Positions 29,621 to 40,561 of a stretch of 64,000 bases of DNA are shown here, piece by piece. Made by a program: the position numbers and the translations under genes. The DNA lies in contig OZ242278.1 in NCBI GenBank assembly GCA_965207475.1, positions 264,320-328,319 of the forward strand. Reading direction: 5' to 3'. This DNA is from Gammaproteobacteria bacterium (GTDB lineage: Bacteria > Pseudomonadota > Gammaproteobacteria > UBA4575). The notes under the pieces were generated by a model, which saw nothing but the letters and a program-made list of their open reading frames with translations, had not been told where the DNA came from and ran no database searches. Within the stretch, counting starts at the first letter, position 1; each line of letters begins with the position of its first letter.

Positions 29621-30565
29621 TCATGCGTCTGCCATCGCCCGGGTCACGGATATCCAGCCCTTGGCAATATTTCCAAGGTTGTAACCACCACCTCCCAGTG
29701 CCAGCAACCTCCCCCCGCAATGCAATTCTGCGTAGCTTATCAGCTGTTCCGTGACGAATTTATGCACCCTTTCGGTGTAGTGAAGATCCGTAATCGGGTC
29801 CCCGTGCAGACTGTCTACGCCGCATTGAAGCAGGACAAACTCCGGTGCGAACCGGTCAATGAACCTCCTGCCCCTTTCCCATTCCTCGAAGAACGCTTCA
29901 TCGCTGCTTCCGGGCAGCATCTCGATATTCAGCTTGGTTCCCTGCGCAGCACCAATCCCCGTTTCGGACGCCTTTCCTGTACCGGGATAAAGCGTCTTGC
30001 TGTGCTGGTGAAAATCAAGAAAAATCAGACGTTCATCACTTTCGTAGGAATAAAACACCCCGTCGCCATGATGGGCATCAATGTCCACGTACAGGATCCG
30101 GCCAAGCTTGTAGACTGAAAACAGGTGTTCAATCGCAGCACCGCAGTCATTGAATACACAAAACCCGCTTGCGATATTGCGCCGGGCGTGATGCAGCCCG
30201 CCAATTGGGCTGAACGCATGACGGCAGTCTCCTTTCATGATGGAATCTGCAGCCGCTAGGGTGGTCCCGACCACTGCAGCCGCTGCCTCATATACACCGG
30301 GGAATGCAGGGGTATCGCCTGCATCCAGGTAACCCCTGCCGATTTTGGAGCAATGCTTGACGTTTGCAACGTGTCCGGCAGTGTGGAACCGCTTCAACTG
30401 CTCTACGGTAGCCGAGCAGGGGCTTTGGACACAGCACCTGTCAGCAAGCCCCGTATCCTGCACGGTATCCCGGTACACCGAATACCGGTCCGAACTGAAT
30501 GGATGCCCGTCTGGAAACCCGTACTTGGCCAGATCATCACCGAGATATACACAGGTCTTAGCCAT
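29621..30565 (-). CDS. Histone deacetylase-family (AcuC/acetoin utilisation/acetylpolyamine amidohydrolase-like) protein
   Basis: Contains the zinc-site motif ILYVDIDAHHGDGV and GFCVFND, which are the class I/II HDAC-fold signatures. Confidence 0.7.
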   Translation of the reverse strand: MAKTCVYLGDDLAKYGFPDGHPFSSDRYSVYRDTVQDTGLADRCCVQSPCSATVEQLKRFHTAGHVANVKHCSKIGRGYLDAGDTPAFPGVYEAAAAVVGTTLAAADSIMKGDCRHAFSPIGGLHHARRNIASGFCVFNDCGAAIEHLFSVYKLGRILYVDIDAHHGDGVFYSYESDERLIFLDFHQHSKTLYPGTGKASETGIGAAQGTKLNIEMLPGSSDEAFFEEWERGRRFIDRFAPEFVLLQCGVDSLHGDPITDLHYTERVHKFVTEQLISYAELHCGGRLLALGGGGYNLGNIAKGWISVTRAMADA

Positions 30566-30607
30566 GCAAAACCTATTCAGTTGGTAAAGCAGTCTTGAAC
30601 GTACAGC

Positions 30608-33600
30608 TTACCCCAAGGCCAAGCGAGCGTTCCTGAAAATTTTCATCCATGGCCCGTCTTCCAGCCAGCCCTTGGGGTGCCAGGAGTACTGGACAGAGCG
30701 GAAAAGCCTTTCAGGATGCGGCATCATGATAGTGAAACGCCCGTCCTGGTTGCAGAAGGCCGTGACTCCTTGCGTTGAACCATTTGGATTATATGGATAT
30801 TTTTCAGTTACTTGTAAATTATTATTGATAAACCTCATTGAGATCATACGATGCTGCGAGAGTGAATCCAGTGCTTTTTTCGAAAGTTCTGCCTTGCCTT
30901 CTCCGTGCGCCACGACAACCGGCAGGCAGGACCCGTGCATGCCCTGGAGAAAGATCGACGCAGACGGCAAGATTTCTACCATTACCAGTCTCGCTTCGAA
31001 CTGGCCTGAGGTGTTATGGACAAAACTTGGCCAGCAGGACGTTCCGGGGATCAGCTCCTGCAGCTGGGCAAGCATCTGACAGCCATTGCAAATGCCCAGT
31101 GCAAACACGTCCGTACGCTCGAAAAATGCTGCCAGGGCATCCCGGACCCTGGTGTTGAACAGGATAGACTTGGCCCAGCCACCCCCAGCACCGAGCACAT
31201 CGCCATACGAGAAGCCGCCGCTGGCCACGAGCCCCTGAAACCCTTCCAGACCCTGTTTCCCGGAATTCAGCTTCGTCATGTGCAGGTCCACGCAATCGAA
31301 GCCCGCACGATCAAAGGCAGCAGCCATTTCCATGTGCCCGTTAACACCCTGTTCACGCAATATGGCCACTCTTGGTTTTGCTCCGGCAAGGACAGATGGC
31401 GGGTTCGACCGGTCATCCAGGTCGAATGTCAACTTTGCTGACAGGCCCGGGTCCGTCGTGTCGAGTATCGCGTCAAGCTCTTCCTCAGCGCATTCCGGGT
31501 TGTCGCGCAACTTCTGGATCGAGTGGCTGGTCTGCATCCAGAGCTTTTGCAGCTCGGTACGTCCAGCCTCATAAATCACCTGTTTTTCGTGATGGATCAC
31601 GATCCGGTCAGCAGCATTCAGCTCGGCAACGGCATGCGTGTGACCTGAAAGCCGGTGGTCCTCCAGAATTGCCTGAACCCTGCCCCAGTCGGACCTGCTA
31701 ATCTGAATCACCGCACCCAACTCTTCTGAAAACAGGCTGGCCAGCGGGTCAGACCCGAGGGGGTCCAGATGAATAGCCAACCCAACATGACTGGCAAAGC
31801 TCATCTCGCATAACGTCACGAACAGGCCTCCGTCAGAACGGTCATGGTAGGCATGGACAAGCTCTGACTGTTTCAGTTCGGTCACCGCACGAAACAGGTT
31901 CACTAGGTCGGATGCGTCATCCAGATCTGCAGGGGTCCTGCCCGTCAGGGAATACGCCTGGCACAGCGCCGAGCCACCCAGGCGATTCCTGGATTTTCCC
32001 AGGTCGATGAGAACGAGCAGGCTGTCCTCCACTTCTGTATCCAGTACGGGGGTGAGAGTTCTACGCACATCTTTTACGGGAGAAAATGCCGTAATAATCA
32101 ATGACAACGGCGCGGTTACTGACTTTTCACATGAATTTTCCTTCCAGAGGCTCCTCATTGACAGCGAGTCCTTGCCTACCGGGATGGGAATGCCTAGTGC
32201 AGGACACAGTTTCTCCGCAACCGCCTGCACCGTAGCATACAGTTCGGCATCCACGCCCTCATGGCCCGCAGCGGCCATCCAGTTTGCCGACAGGCTGATC
32301 TCTGCAAGATTTTCCACATCGCAGGCCAGGATATTGGTGACTGCCTCGGCGACAGCCAGGCGTCCTGATGCCGGGGCTGACAGCAAGGCAACAACCGGGC
32401 GCTCTCCCACTGACATGGCTTCTCCCGTATAGGCCTGGAAGTCACTGCAGGTTACAGCCGCATCCGATACGGCAACCTGCCATGGGCCGACAAACGGATC
32501 GCGTGCAACCAGGCCGGTCACTGTACGGTCTCCAATTGTGACCAGGAAATTCTTGGCAGCAACGGCCGGCAGCTGCAGTACTCTCTGGACTGCCTCGTCG
32601 ATTGAAACCGGAGGCATTGAACTTGCCGGCTTCCCGGGACTGTTTGAGACGACATCCCGCAGCATCCTGGGTGTGTTGCCCAGCAGCATGTCCATGGGCA
32701 GGTCGATCGATGTGTTTTCCAGAAGCCGGTCTTTCAGCACCAGCTTACTTTTTGCCGTGCTATGCCCGACGACTGCATAGGGACAGCGTTCGCGCTCGCA
32801 GATTTCAATGAATTCTTCAAGCCTGGCATGGTCGACGGCGAGCACATAACGCTCCTGGGCTTCGTTGCACCAGATCTCTTTGGGAGACATCCCTGTTTCA
32901 CCGCACGGGATATCCCGCAGTTCCAGTTCACCCCCCTGTTCTGCGTTGTCTAGTAACTCCGGTATCGCGTTGGACAACCCGCCGGCCCCGACATCGTGGA
33001 GGGATAGAATGGGATTGGCTGCACCAAACGCTGTGCAGCTTTCGATGACTTCCTGGCAACGCCTTTGCATCTCGGCATTGCTGCGCTGTACCGAGGCGAA
33101 ATCCAGCGCTTCCAGACTTTTGCCGCTGGACATGGAGGAAGCCGCTCCGCCTCCCAGTCCAATCAGCATGGCCGGGCCACCCAGAATCACAATTGGCGTA
33201 CCCTCAGAAAACTTCCTTTTCCTGATATGCGCCGTGCGAACATTGCCCAGCCCACCGGCAAGCATGATCGGTTTGTGGTAACCAAAGACGTGCGGGTCTT
33301 CCCCTTCAGCCGACACGTCCATTTCTAGAGTTCGGAAATACCCAAGGATGTTGGGCCGCCCGAACTCATTGTTGAATGATGCCGCGCCTACCGGGCCCTC
33401 GATCATGATTTCCAGGGGCGATGCGATCCTGGCCGGTTTTCCATACTCTGCCTCCCAGGGCTGTTCGCTGCCGGGAATCTTAAGGTTCGATACAGAAAAC
33501 CCGCACAGTCCGGCTTTGGGTCGACCTCCACACCCTACGGCACCCTCGTCCCTGATTTCGCCTCCCGAGCCCGTCGCTGCACCGGGAAAAGGTGAAATGG

Positions 33601-34498
33601 CGGTAGGATGATTATGCGTCTCCACCTTCATCAGGATATGCATGTCTTCCGGAACATATTCATACCTGTTGTCGCCAGGATTGGACTGGAACCGCGATGC
33701 CCGGTGTCCTCGAACTACCGCAGCATTGTCACTGTAGGCCGACAGAAGGTTTTCAGGGGAGTGTTCCGATGTCTCCCGGATCATCCCGAACAGGCTTTGT
33801 TTTTTTCTCTCGGCATCTATGATCCAGGAAGCATTGAAAATCTTATGCCTGCAATGCTCTGAATTCGCCTGGGCAAACATCATCAGCTCGGCATCCGTGG
33901 GCATCCTCTCCAGGCTCTCGTAGTGCCTGATCAGATAATTGATCTCGTCATGAGCAAGTGCCAGCCCCATCTCGCGGTTGGCATGCTGCAGCACTTCCCT
34001 GGGATTGCTACGGATGTCCAGGCGCACAAGACCTCTTGCAGGTTCCTCCGCAAAAAGTGAAGCGGCATCATCCACTGAGTGCACAACCGACTCTATCATG
34101 CGGTCATGCAAATGCATCTCTATGCTGCTTTGCTCTTCATCACTCAGCTCCCGGAGCAGCGTAAGTTGAAACTGGGTGCCCCGTTCTATGCGCCGGATCT
34201 TGCTTAAAGCGCAATTGTGCGCAATATCGGTTGCCTTGGATGACCATGGCGAGATGGTACCTGCCCGGGGGATAACCAGGACCTGGTGGTTGCTTTCACT
34301 GCTGGGACATTCCGGAGCATAGGAGAGCAGCTCCGTGAGACAGGCCATTTCTGCCGGGGTGAGTTCTCCAGCCGTATCGATGAAATGGTAGTACCTTGCG
34401 GTGAAGCCATCGATTTTGGATGAGATGCTTTTCAGGCTTTGGATGAGACCTCGAGCCTTGAACCCAGACAGGGCGCTGCCCCCTTCAAGAATTAGCAT
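30608..34498 (-). CDS. purL: Phosphoribosylformylglycinamidine synthase (single-chain, large PurL)
   Basis: 1296 aa. It has N-terminal FGAM synthetase domains and a C-terminal glutaminase domain (GICNGCQML), and the length matches gammaproteobacterial PurL. Confidence 0.9.
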   Translation of the reverse strand: MLILEGGSALSGFKARGLIQSLKSISSKIDGFTARYYHFIDTAGELTPAEMACLTELLSYAPECPSSESNHQVLVIPRAGTISPWSSKATDIAHNCALSKIRRIERGTQFQLTLLRELSDEEQSSIEMHLHDRMIESVVHSVDDAASLFAEEPARGLVRLDIRSNPREVLQHANREMGLALAHDEINYLIRHYESLERMPTDAELMMFAQANSEHCRHKIFNASWIIDAERKKQSLFGMIRETSEHSPENLLSAYSDNAAVVRGHRASRFQSNPGDNRYEYVPEDMHILMKVETHNHPTAISPFPGAATGSGGEIRDEGAVGCGGRPKAGLCGFSVSNLKIPGSEQPWEAEYGKPARIASPLEIMIEGPVGAASFNNEFGRPNILGYFRTLEMDVSAEGEDPHVFGYHKPIMLAGGLGNVRTAHIRKRKFSEGTPIVILGGPAMLIGLGGGAASSMSSGKSLEALDFASVQRSNAEMQRRCQEVIESCTAFGAANPILSLHDVGAGGLSNAIPELLDNAEQGGELELRDIPCGETGMSPKEIWCNEAQERYVLAVDHARLEEFIEICERERCPYAVVGHSTAKSKLVLKDRLLENTSIDLPMDMLLGNTPRMLRDVVSNSPGKPASSMPPVSIDEAVQRVLQLPAVAAKNFLVTIGDRTVTGLVARDPFVGPWQVAVSDAAVTCSDFQAYTGEAMSVGERPVVALLSAPASGRLAVAEAVTNILACDVENLAEISLSANWMAAAGHEGVDAELYATVQAVAEKLCPALGIPIPVGKDSLSMRSLWKENSCEKSVTAPLSLIITAFSPVKDVRRTLTPVLDTEVEDSLLVLIDLGKSRNRLGGSALCQAYSLTGRTPADLDDASDLVNLFRAVTELKQSELVHAYHDRSDGGLFVTLCEMSFASHVGLAIHLDPLGSDPLASLFSEELGAVIQISRSDWGRVQAILEDHRLSGHTHAVAELNAADRIVIHHEKQVIYEAGRTELQKLWMQTSHSIQKLRDNPECAEEELDAILDTTDPGLSAKLTFDLDDRSNPPSVLAGAKPRVAILREQGVNGHMEMAAAFDRAGFDCVDLHMTKLNSGKQGLEGFQGLVASGGFSYGDVLGAGGGWAKSILFNTRVRDALAAFFERTDVFALGICNGCQMLAQLQELIPGTSCWPSFVHNTSGQFEARLVMVEILPSASIFLQGMHGSCLPVVVAHGEGKAELSKKALDSLSQHRMISMRFINNNLQVTEKYPYNPNGSTQGVTAFCNQDGRFTIMMPHPERLFRSVQYSWHPKGWLEDGPWMKIFRNARLALG

Positions 34499-34641
34499 TT
34501 AGGCATCATATCCTTGTGCAAGGTGTAAGTGAGCAGGAATCATAACTCAAACCAGGGCAAATAATTCCGTCGTGTTAAGCAGACCAGACCGTCTGCCCCT
34601 ACTATGTCCAGAGGATTCATTATATACTCACCAGTGTCTCT

Positions 34642-34995
34642 GGGGGCGACCTGGCTTCGACGTGGGTCACGAAACCCGAGGTGCATGCCGAGGATGTAGC
34701 TTACCTCGTAAAATACGCTGCAAAATATAGTTGCAAACGACGACAACTACGCTTTAGCTGCCTAAACACCAGTCTGAAGCCGTCCGGCCTGTTCAGCTTG
34801 CGGGACAGTCCCGGGCGTAACCTTAGCAAGCTCGTGGGAAAGATTGCCTGAAGCGGACCCATTAAACCTTAATCAGGATCGCATTTACTTCCCCGTTCGT
34901 CGGGCAGTAAATGTTAAATCATAGGCGATACTAAGCATGTAGTACCAAAGGCGTAGGATTTGCGGACGCGGGTTCGATTCCCGCCGCCTCCACCA
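34642..34995 (+). ncRNA. ssrA: tmRNA (SsrA, transfer-messenger RNA)
   Basis: The 5' end GGGGGCGACCUGGCUUCGACGUGGG is a tRNA-like acceptor/D region. An internal reading frame GCA AAC GAC GAC AAC TAC GCT TTA GCT GCC TAA encodes the tag ANDDNYALAA*. The 3' end GGACGCGGGTTCGATTCCCGCCGCCTCCACCA gives the T-arm plus CCA. Total length about 354 nt. Confidence 0.85.
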
Positions 34996-35203
34996 CTGAG
35001 ACTTCCTGTAAAGTCCTAAAGCATCCTATAGTACCTTTTCCTCAGTGCACATTACCTTTCCATAGCATATGGGGCTATGTTGTAAAATATTATATAGTTG
35101 AAATGGTCGAAGCGTGGTCCCTGGTAGAGCACGGCACGCACACGAACATCTGCAGGAAATATTCTGCACACTGCACGCTTTCCGCCCGGTTTATACAGGC
35201 GGC

Positions 35204-36847
35204 ATGCGAGGAAACGGCGTGACGCAATTGACTTACGATCTTCGAACATTTAGAGGGGATCTTTTTGGGGGCATCACCGCCACGGTCGTGGTGTTTCCTG
35301 CGGCACTCGCTTTCGGCATGGCGTCGGGACTAGGAGCGGCTGCCGGAATCTACGGTTCGATCGCGGTCGGATTTTTTACCGCTGTTTTCGGCGGCACGCG
35401 GACACAGATTTCTGGACCGACCGGCCCGATGGCAGTCGCCACGGCAGTGATCGTCGCGAGTCACGCCTCGACACTTTCCGAGGCGTTGGTGATCGTCGTG
35501 CTCGGCGGGCTGCTGCAAACCTTGCTTGGGCTGACGCGAATCGGCCGCTTTGTGGCGTACACGCCACGTATGGTGATCTCCGGATTCATGTCCGGCATCG
35601 GCATCATCATTATCGTGATCCAGCTGGCACCGTTGCTGGGGGCACCTGCGGTCGGCGGACCGATAGAATCCATGAACAGGCTGCCGTCGGCACTAAGCAA
35701 CGTGAACTTCAGCGCGGTCACAATCGGCGTGCTCTCGCTCGTCATTGCCGCGCTTTGGCCACGCCGGTTGTCGACGTACCTGCCAGGGCCAGTCGTCGCA
35801 CTCATCATCGGAACACTGCTGGGTGTACTGTGGCTTCACGATGCGCCGGTTCTTGGGCCGGTTCCGGTCGGCATGCCAGTGTTCGCCCTGGATCTGCCGT
35901 CGGCAGGATTTTTGTTACGAGCCCTGGAGCCAGCCCTGATTCTGGCTCTTTTAGGATCGGTGGACAGCCTACTGACCTCGCTGATCGCGGATACGGTTAC
36001 CGGCACGCGCCACGAACCGAACCGGGAACTGGTAGGCCAAGGAATCGGCAACATGATGGCAGGCATGTTCGGCGGCATGCCCGGTGCAGGAAACACTCTC
36101 GGTACGCTGACCAACATTCATGCCGGCGGCACCACTCGCGTGTCCGGTGCGACCTACGCAGCTCTGATGCTGGTGCTAGTGTTTGGCCTAGGTGACTATA
36201 TCGAGCCGATCCCGCGCGCGGTGCTTGCGGGCGTGCTGATCAAGATTGGCCTGGACATCGTCGACTGGCAGATGCTCGCCCGCATCCACCGGATGCGCTT
36301 GGAGCACGCGCTTGTCATGCTGGTGACGCTAGGTATCACGGTGTTCGTCGACCTGGTTACCGCTGTAGCGCTGGGATTGATCGCGGCAGGATTGACCCAC
36401 GCGCGCCAGCTTGAGAACCTCGAACTCGACAGTGTTGTCTCGGTTCCGCTCTTGGACCGGAATTTCTTTGGCCTTTCGGACGACGTGGGTGACCCGTACG
36501 CAGCTCGGACCGGGCTGATCGCTTTGAAAGGGATATTCACCGTTGCCTCGTCCCATCGCCTGGTCGGTGCATTCAGCATCGACATCCAGAAGCATGACGT
36601 GGTGATCTTCGACTTCTCTGACACATCACATGTCGACGACAGTGCGGCTGTCGTGGTCGCACAGCTCATGAATGCAGCCGTCAAGGCTGATACTGAACTG
36701 ATCGTGGTGGGCCTGTCGGGGGAGGTGCTGGAGACGCTTCATACATTCAATATCCTGCGACATGTGCCCGCAGGTCGGAGCGTTAAAACTATGGACGAAG
36801 CCCGGGAGATTGCGCGGGCGTTGCTGAGAATCGGCGCAGACGATTGA
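35204..36847 (+). CDS. SulP-family anion transporter with C-terminal STAS domain
   Basis: A GTG at 35219 (GAGGAA RBS) is an alternative start. The N-terminal FRGDLFGGITATVVVFPAALAFGMASGLGAAAGIYGS is the SulP signature region. There are multiple TM segments and a C-terminal STAS-like segment (VVIFDFSDTSHVD...). GC is high, so the gene is probably acquired. Confidence 0.75.
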   Translation: MRGNGVTQLTYDLRTFRGDLFGGITATVVVFPAALAFGMASGLGAAAGIYGSIAVGFFTAVFGGTRTQISGPTGPMAVATAVIVASHASTLSEALVIVVLGGLLQTLLGLTRIGRFVAYTPRMVISGFMSGIGIIIIVIQLAPLLGAPAVGGPIESMNRLPSALSNVNFSAVTIGVLSLVIAALWPRRLSTYLPGPVVALIIGTLLGVLWLHDAPVLGPVPVGMPVFALDLPSAGFLLRALEPALILALLGSVDSLLTSLIADTVTGTRHEPNRELVGQGIGNMMAGMFGGMPGAGNTLGTLTNIHAGGTTRVSGATYAALMLVLVFGLGDYIEPIPRAVLAGVLIKIGLDIVDWQMLARIHRMRLEHALVMLVTLGITVFVDLVTAVALGLIAAGLTHARQLENLELDSVVSVPLLDRNFFGLSDDVGDPYAARTGLIALKGIFTVASSHRLVGAFSIDIQKHDVVIFDFSDTSHVDDSAAVVVAQLMNAAVKADTELIVVGLSGEVLETLHTFNILRHVPAGRSVKTMDEAREIARALLRIGADD

Positions 36848-37263
36848 ATGCGTGGACCTTCCGTGCATGGGCTTGGACAAGGTCGTCTGATGCAGCATAC
36901 CCGTGCCAGCCAGCTTGCAGACTTCTGACCGTGAATGTCTTGTCACTGAAGCGCGGAACCAAGAGAAACAACTAGCTTTACGGAGATTATGAACGCCTTA
37001 CCTGTGGAAAAAGGATGGATGGCCAAATTTAAGATGGGATGGAATGTGGCTTTCAAAGCTGTAAAAAATCTCAGCCGGGTAACCAGCATCATCTTGTACT
37101 GGGTACTTGAGGGCTTTGCAGGTTAGACAAAAGTTTTCGATCTCAATAAAAATCTTCACGATGCGACATGCTAGCGTAACTTCCCAAAGTCTAATGTGTT
37201 TCACGCCTCTGCATTTGTCAGCTATATATAATCGCGTAAAAACATGAAGAGAGGTATTACGGC

Positions 37264-37554
37264 ATGTCTATTATGAAAGCGGTAGAAGAGCTCATCCAAG
37301 AGGTTGCTGATGAACAGATTGAGCCTTACTCCATCGTCCTTAGAGCTAAGCTCACTGCAATTGAGACATTGCTGGACATGTTATGGACTAATGAGCTGTC
37401 CAAGGCGGAAGACCCTATTAGGGAAGCGCAAGAACTCAAGGAAACGGTTCTGGGATTAGTTAGGTACAATAAGGATGACGTTTATGAGCAGCTGTCTTTC
37501 GAATACATAGAAGAACGTCTGGACTCGATAATACACAGAGTAAGTCATCTCTAA
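37264..37554 (+). CDS. Hypothetical acidic protein (96 aa)
   Basis: A clean ORF with GAGAGG RBS upstream. It is helical and E/L-rich, with no recognisable motif. Confidence 0.3.
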   Translation: MSIMKAVEELIQEVADEQIEPYSIVLRAKLTAIETLLDMLWTNELSKAEDPIREAQELKETVLGLVRYNKDDVYEQLSFEYIEERLDSIIHRVSHL

Positions 37555-37714
37555 TATCAAGTGGTAACCACCTTCAATCTAGATGGGCACGTGAGTTGGG
37601 ACTTCCTTATAACCCGAGAATGAGAAACCACAAAAAATGATAAGTGTCATACCTCTAAATCTGATCCTGTCGCGACCAATTTGCCAAATACGGCTTATTC
37701 GTTGGATCCAATGG

Positions 37715-38698
37715 ATGAGCAGAACACTGTTGCTCCTCGTCATTGCAATACCTATCACGGTGTCAGCGCAGGATTGGCGGTTGCAGCTTGTATCGACGGC
37801 GTGGTCGCCGTTCACCGACGTTCCAGGGCAGTCACGGTTCGCTCTTGATCTAGTTGAGGAAGCCCTTCAGCGCATGGGAATCGTTGCCGAAACAGTTCTC
37901 GTAGATGAGGCTAGGCTAACGCCCTCGCTGCTGAAAGGCGAGTTCGACGGAAGTGTAGCCCTCTGGAAGGATCCGGAACGTGAACGCGTACTGATGTACT
38001 CGCAGCCGTATCTTGAGAACCGATTGATTCTCGTCGGGCGCCAAGGCAGCGACGTATCAGCAACCTCACTAGCCGACCTTATAGGCAAGCGAGTCGCCCT
38101 AGTCGCCGGATATTCATATGGCGAGGCAGTGAAAATCACAGACGGGCCGATCTTCGTTGGCTCGAACAGTGAAGAGGATAGCGTTGCAAAACTTCTCAAT
38201 GGTGAGGTGGACTACACACTAATGGATGACATCGTGATCCATTACCTCGCTGTCAATCACACAGAAGCAGCTCGAACGCGACTGGTGTTCGGCTCGACGC
38301 CGCTGCTTACACGCTCGCTTCACCTAGCTGTCCAGCGGTCGCATCCAAATGTCGAGTGGATCATCTTGCATTTCAACTCCGAACTACGCGGTATGATCGC
38401 TGACCGCAGTTACCATCGCTTGCTTTGGCTAGACTGGATTCGGGCAGACATTGACGGCGATGGTCGCAGTGAATTAGTGCCTCACGACGATCAAACCGGC
38501 CCAAATCCACCTGAGCATACCTATGAACTCTTCCTGGAAATCAGTCCAGCCACGGAGCCCATCACGAATAATCGCTTTTACTTCGGCGGCAATATCTACG
38601 AAGACTGGTCTACTGTGCCCGACCACTACAAGGTCCTGGACTTCACTAGAACTAGTCCGAGTCAACCCAAGGCTAGAATCTTCACTTTCAAGTTTTAG
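37715..38698 (+). CDS. Periplasmic substrate-binding protein (SBP family 3 / amino-acid-type), orphan
   Basis: Start 37715 gives the signal peptide MSRTLLLLVIAIPITVSA. The LIGKRVALVAGYSYGE and GEVDYTLMD segments are typical of the type-II periplasmic binding fold. No adjacent permease or ATPase genes. Confidence 0.55.
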   Translation: MSRTLLLLVIAIPITVSAQDWRLQLVSTAWSPFTDVPGQSRFALDLVEEALQRMGIVAETVLVDEARLTPSLLKGEFDGSVALWKDPERERVLMYSQPYLENRLILVGRQGSDVSATSLADLIGKRVALVAGYSYGEAVKITDGPIFVGSNSEEDSVAKLLNGEVDYTLMDDIVIHYLAVNHTEAARTRLVFGSTPLLTRSLHLAVQRSHPNVEWIILHFNSELRGMIADRSYHRLLWLDWIRADIDGDGRSELVPHDDQTGPNPPEHTYELFLEISPATEPITNNRFYFGGNIYEDWSTVPDHYKVLDFTRTSPSQPKARIFTFKF

Positions 38699-39250
38699 TG
38701 TAAACAAGCCTGCTATGGCTCGTGTCAGGCCTTCTGTGTATGTATCAGGTCCTGTGAGAGAGCTGGAGCGATAGTTTCTGGCAAGGTAGTCCGACAGGAA
38801 ACATATGCAAATTGTCGGTCGAATCGAGAACTTGGTGCCCATGACACCGTCTCCAAGACCGAGACTCAATGCGTCACCAGATACTTGAATACGCCGTAGC
38901 CTTCCCGCCTGCTCGTCTCATCTAGAACATATGCGATGGGTATCACCTGAAGTTTCGGCCACTGCGTGTACTCAGCAAAATGCAAGGTTTCCGTCAAAAA
39001 TATCCCGACAGCAAGATTGTGCACCTTCCCTGCCTCATCCCTGCCCTGAAACTGGCAATCAAATCCCACCGTGAAACGGGAATCCGGCGGCTGAAAGAAA
39101 TTTGAGGCCCACATCATGACATCCCCTTTCTTTTAAGAGGTAGTTCATGGCCCAAGGCGAACGGAACATCAAGGTGAACATTCCTCGGAGTTTCGCTAAT
39201 CAACTGAAACGTCTCACCTCTCTGTTTGCGGTGATAGCCTGCCTGTCCGC

Positions 39251-39820
39251 ATGCATGCCGACGCCGTCTTGGATGGCGACCGTGAGATGTTGTTGCGTCT
39301 CGGCGATGCAGCACGGGATTCGGGCGAATTTACGGCAGCTATCCCTTTCTATCGCCAGGCCCACTTGCTCGCCACGCTAAATCCTACACCATTGCTTCGG
39401 CTGGTTGAAACAGTCGATGACTTGGGGAAGTACCGCGAAGCTGGAAATACTTAGAAGCGCGTGTTGACAATCGAACCGCGCAACTTCGAGGCACTCATCG
39501 GGTACGGTGAAAACCTAGTCGTCCTTTGCAGGAACGACCCATGCGTGCAAGTAACTGGGTCCCCGAGTTGTCATGGAATTGCAAGCCTCCCTGACTTCAA
39601 GCATCGACTTCCGGGGTTACAGGGGACTCAATTGCGCTTTACAGCACATGAGTCTGAATACACTTCAAAGCCTCTTTCGACAACCAAAGGCCAGCATAAA
39701 AACTGGTTACAAACGCGAGCGCCGCCACCCCGCTGCCCGCGCCTCGGCCTCAGAGCAGAACCACCGCTCGCCCTGCGAGGTGTTGATGCGGGTTTGGTCG
39801 TAGAACCTGCCTCCCGGTAG
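39251..39820 (+). pseudogene. TPR-like repeat gene interrupted by an in-frame amber codon
   Basis: ORFs 39251-39454 and 39461-39820 are in the same frame, separated by the TAG at 39452-39454 (...LGKYREAGNT*KRVLTIEPRNFEALIGYGENL...). The TPR-like periodicity continues across the stop. Confidence 0.3.
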
Positions 39821-40561
39821 GTGGTAGATGCGCTTCCCACCCTTGCTGATATTGCCTTTGACCTTGCATCGCCCGCTACCTCGTTTCAGGGTCATCCCAA
39901 TGTCTTTGAGCCGCTTCCCCCTGCGCCAGTCCCAAGGGGGAACCACATCACCCCGCCATACCCCGCGTTTGGCCGCCTTAGCCGCCATTTCTTCCGCAAG
40001 GTAACGTCTGGAATACTGACGGTAGGCGAATGCCCAACCTTCAGCAACCATCCATGCGTTCACGTCTTTACCCCCGACCCGGCACACGGCGACCACGCGT
40101 CCGTAGCGGTCCCGGGCGCGCTCTTTGCAGGCTACAGAATGCGAGCCGATGCGGCGGGCAAGTGCACGGGTGGCCTCACGGCCACACGACCAAACTTGGC
40201 CTCCCGTGCGACATCGCTGCGCACTTTCCGGGGCATCGATGGCATGTAGACGTATACGTGATCCACAAACTTCCAGCGTATCGCCGTCGATAATATGTGC
40301 AGACCCCGTAAGCGTTGCATCCGCGATTCGAATTGCGTGATCCATCGAAAAATCTGCTTTCACTTGTCCATCGAGCGCATCACGGATCACTCCCGTGCTG
40401 CCGGCAAGCAAGCCCATCATGTGCTCCGTGTTCAGCCCGATGGCATCGTCGACAACACCGTGGGATTCCCGAACCATATGCTTTGCCTCGCCCCAAGCCG
40501 AGGGGGCGATTGCGACAACTCCGAGCGCCACGACAAAGGCCGTGACCAGCATCCTGATCAT
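39707..40561 (-). CDS. Secreted thermonuclease (SNase-like) family protein with a basic C-terminal extension
   Basis: Signal peptide MIRMLVTAFVVALGVVAIAPSAWG if started at 40561. The SNase core is IDGDTLEV...IRLHAIDAPE...R...GR. The C-terminal roughly 90 aa is K/R/W-rich. GC is high. Confidence 0.6.
   Translation of the reverse strand: MIRMLVTAFVVALGVVAIAPSAWGEAKHMVRESHGVVDDAIGLNTEHMMGLLAGSTGVIRDALDGQVKADFSMDHAIRIADATLTGSAHIIDGDTLEVCGSRIRLHAIDAPESAQRCRTGGQVWSCGREATRALARRIGSHSVACKERARDRYGRVVAVCRVGGKDVNAWMVAEGWAFAYRQYSRRYLAEEMAAKAAKRGVWRGDVVPPWDWRRGKRLKDIGMTLKRGSGRCKVKGNISKGGKRIYHLPGGRFYDQTRINTSQGERWFCSEAEARAAGWRRSRL

Noticed and set aside
30672-34169. Numerous 60-140-aa ORFs on the + strand across 30.6-34.5 kb
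   Set aside because: All are antisense to the 1296-aa purL gene.
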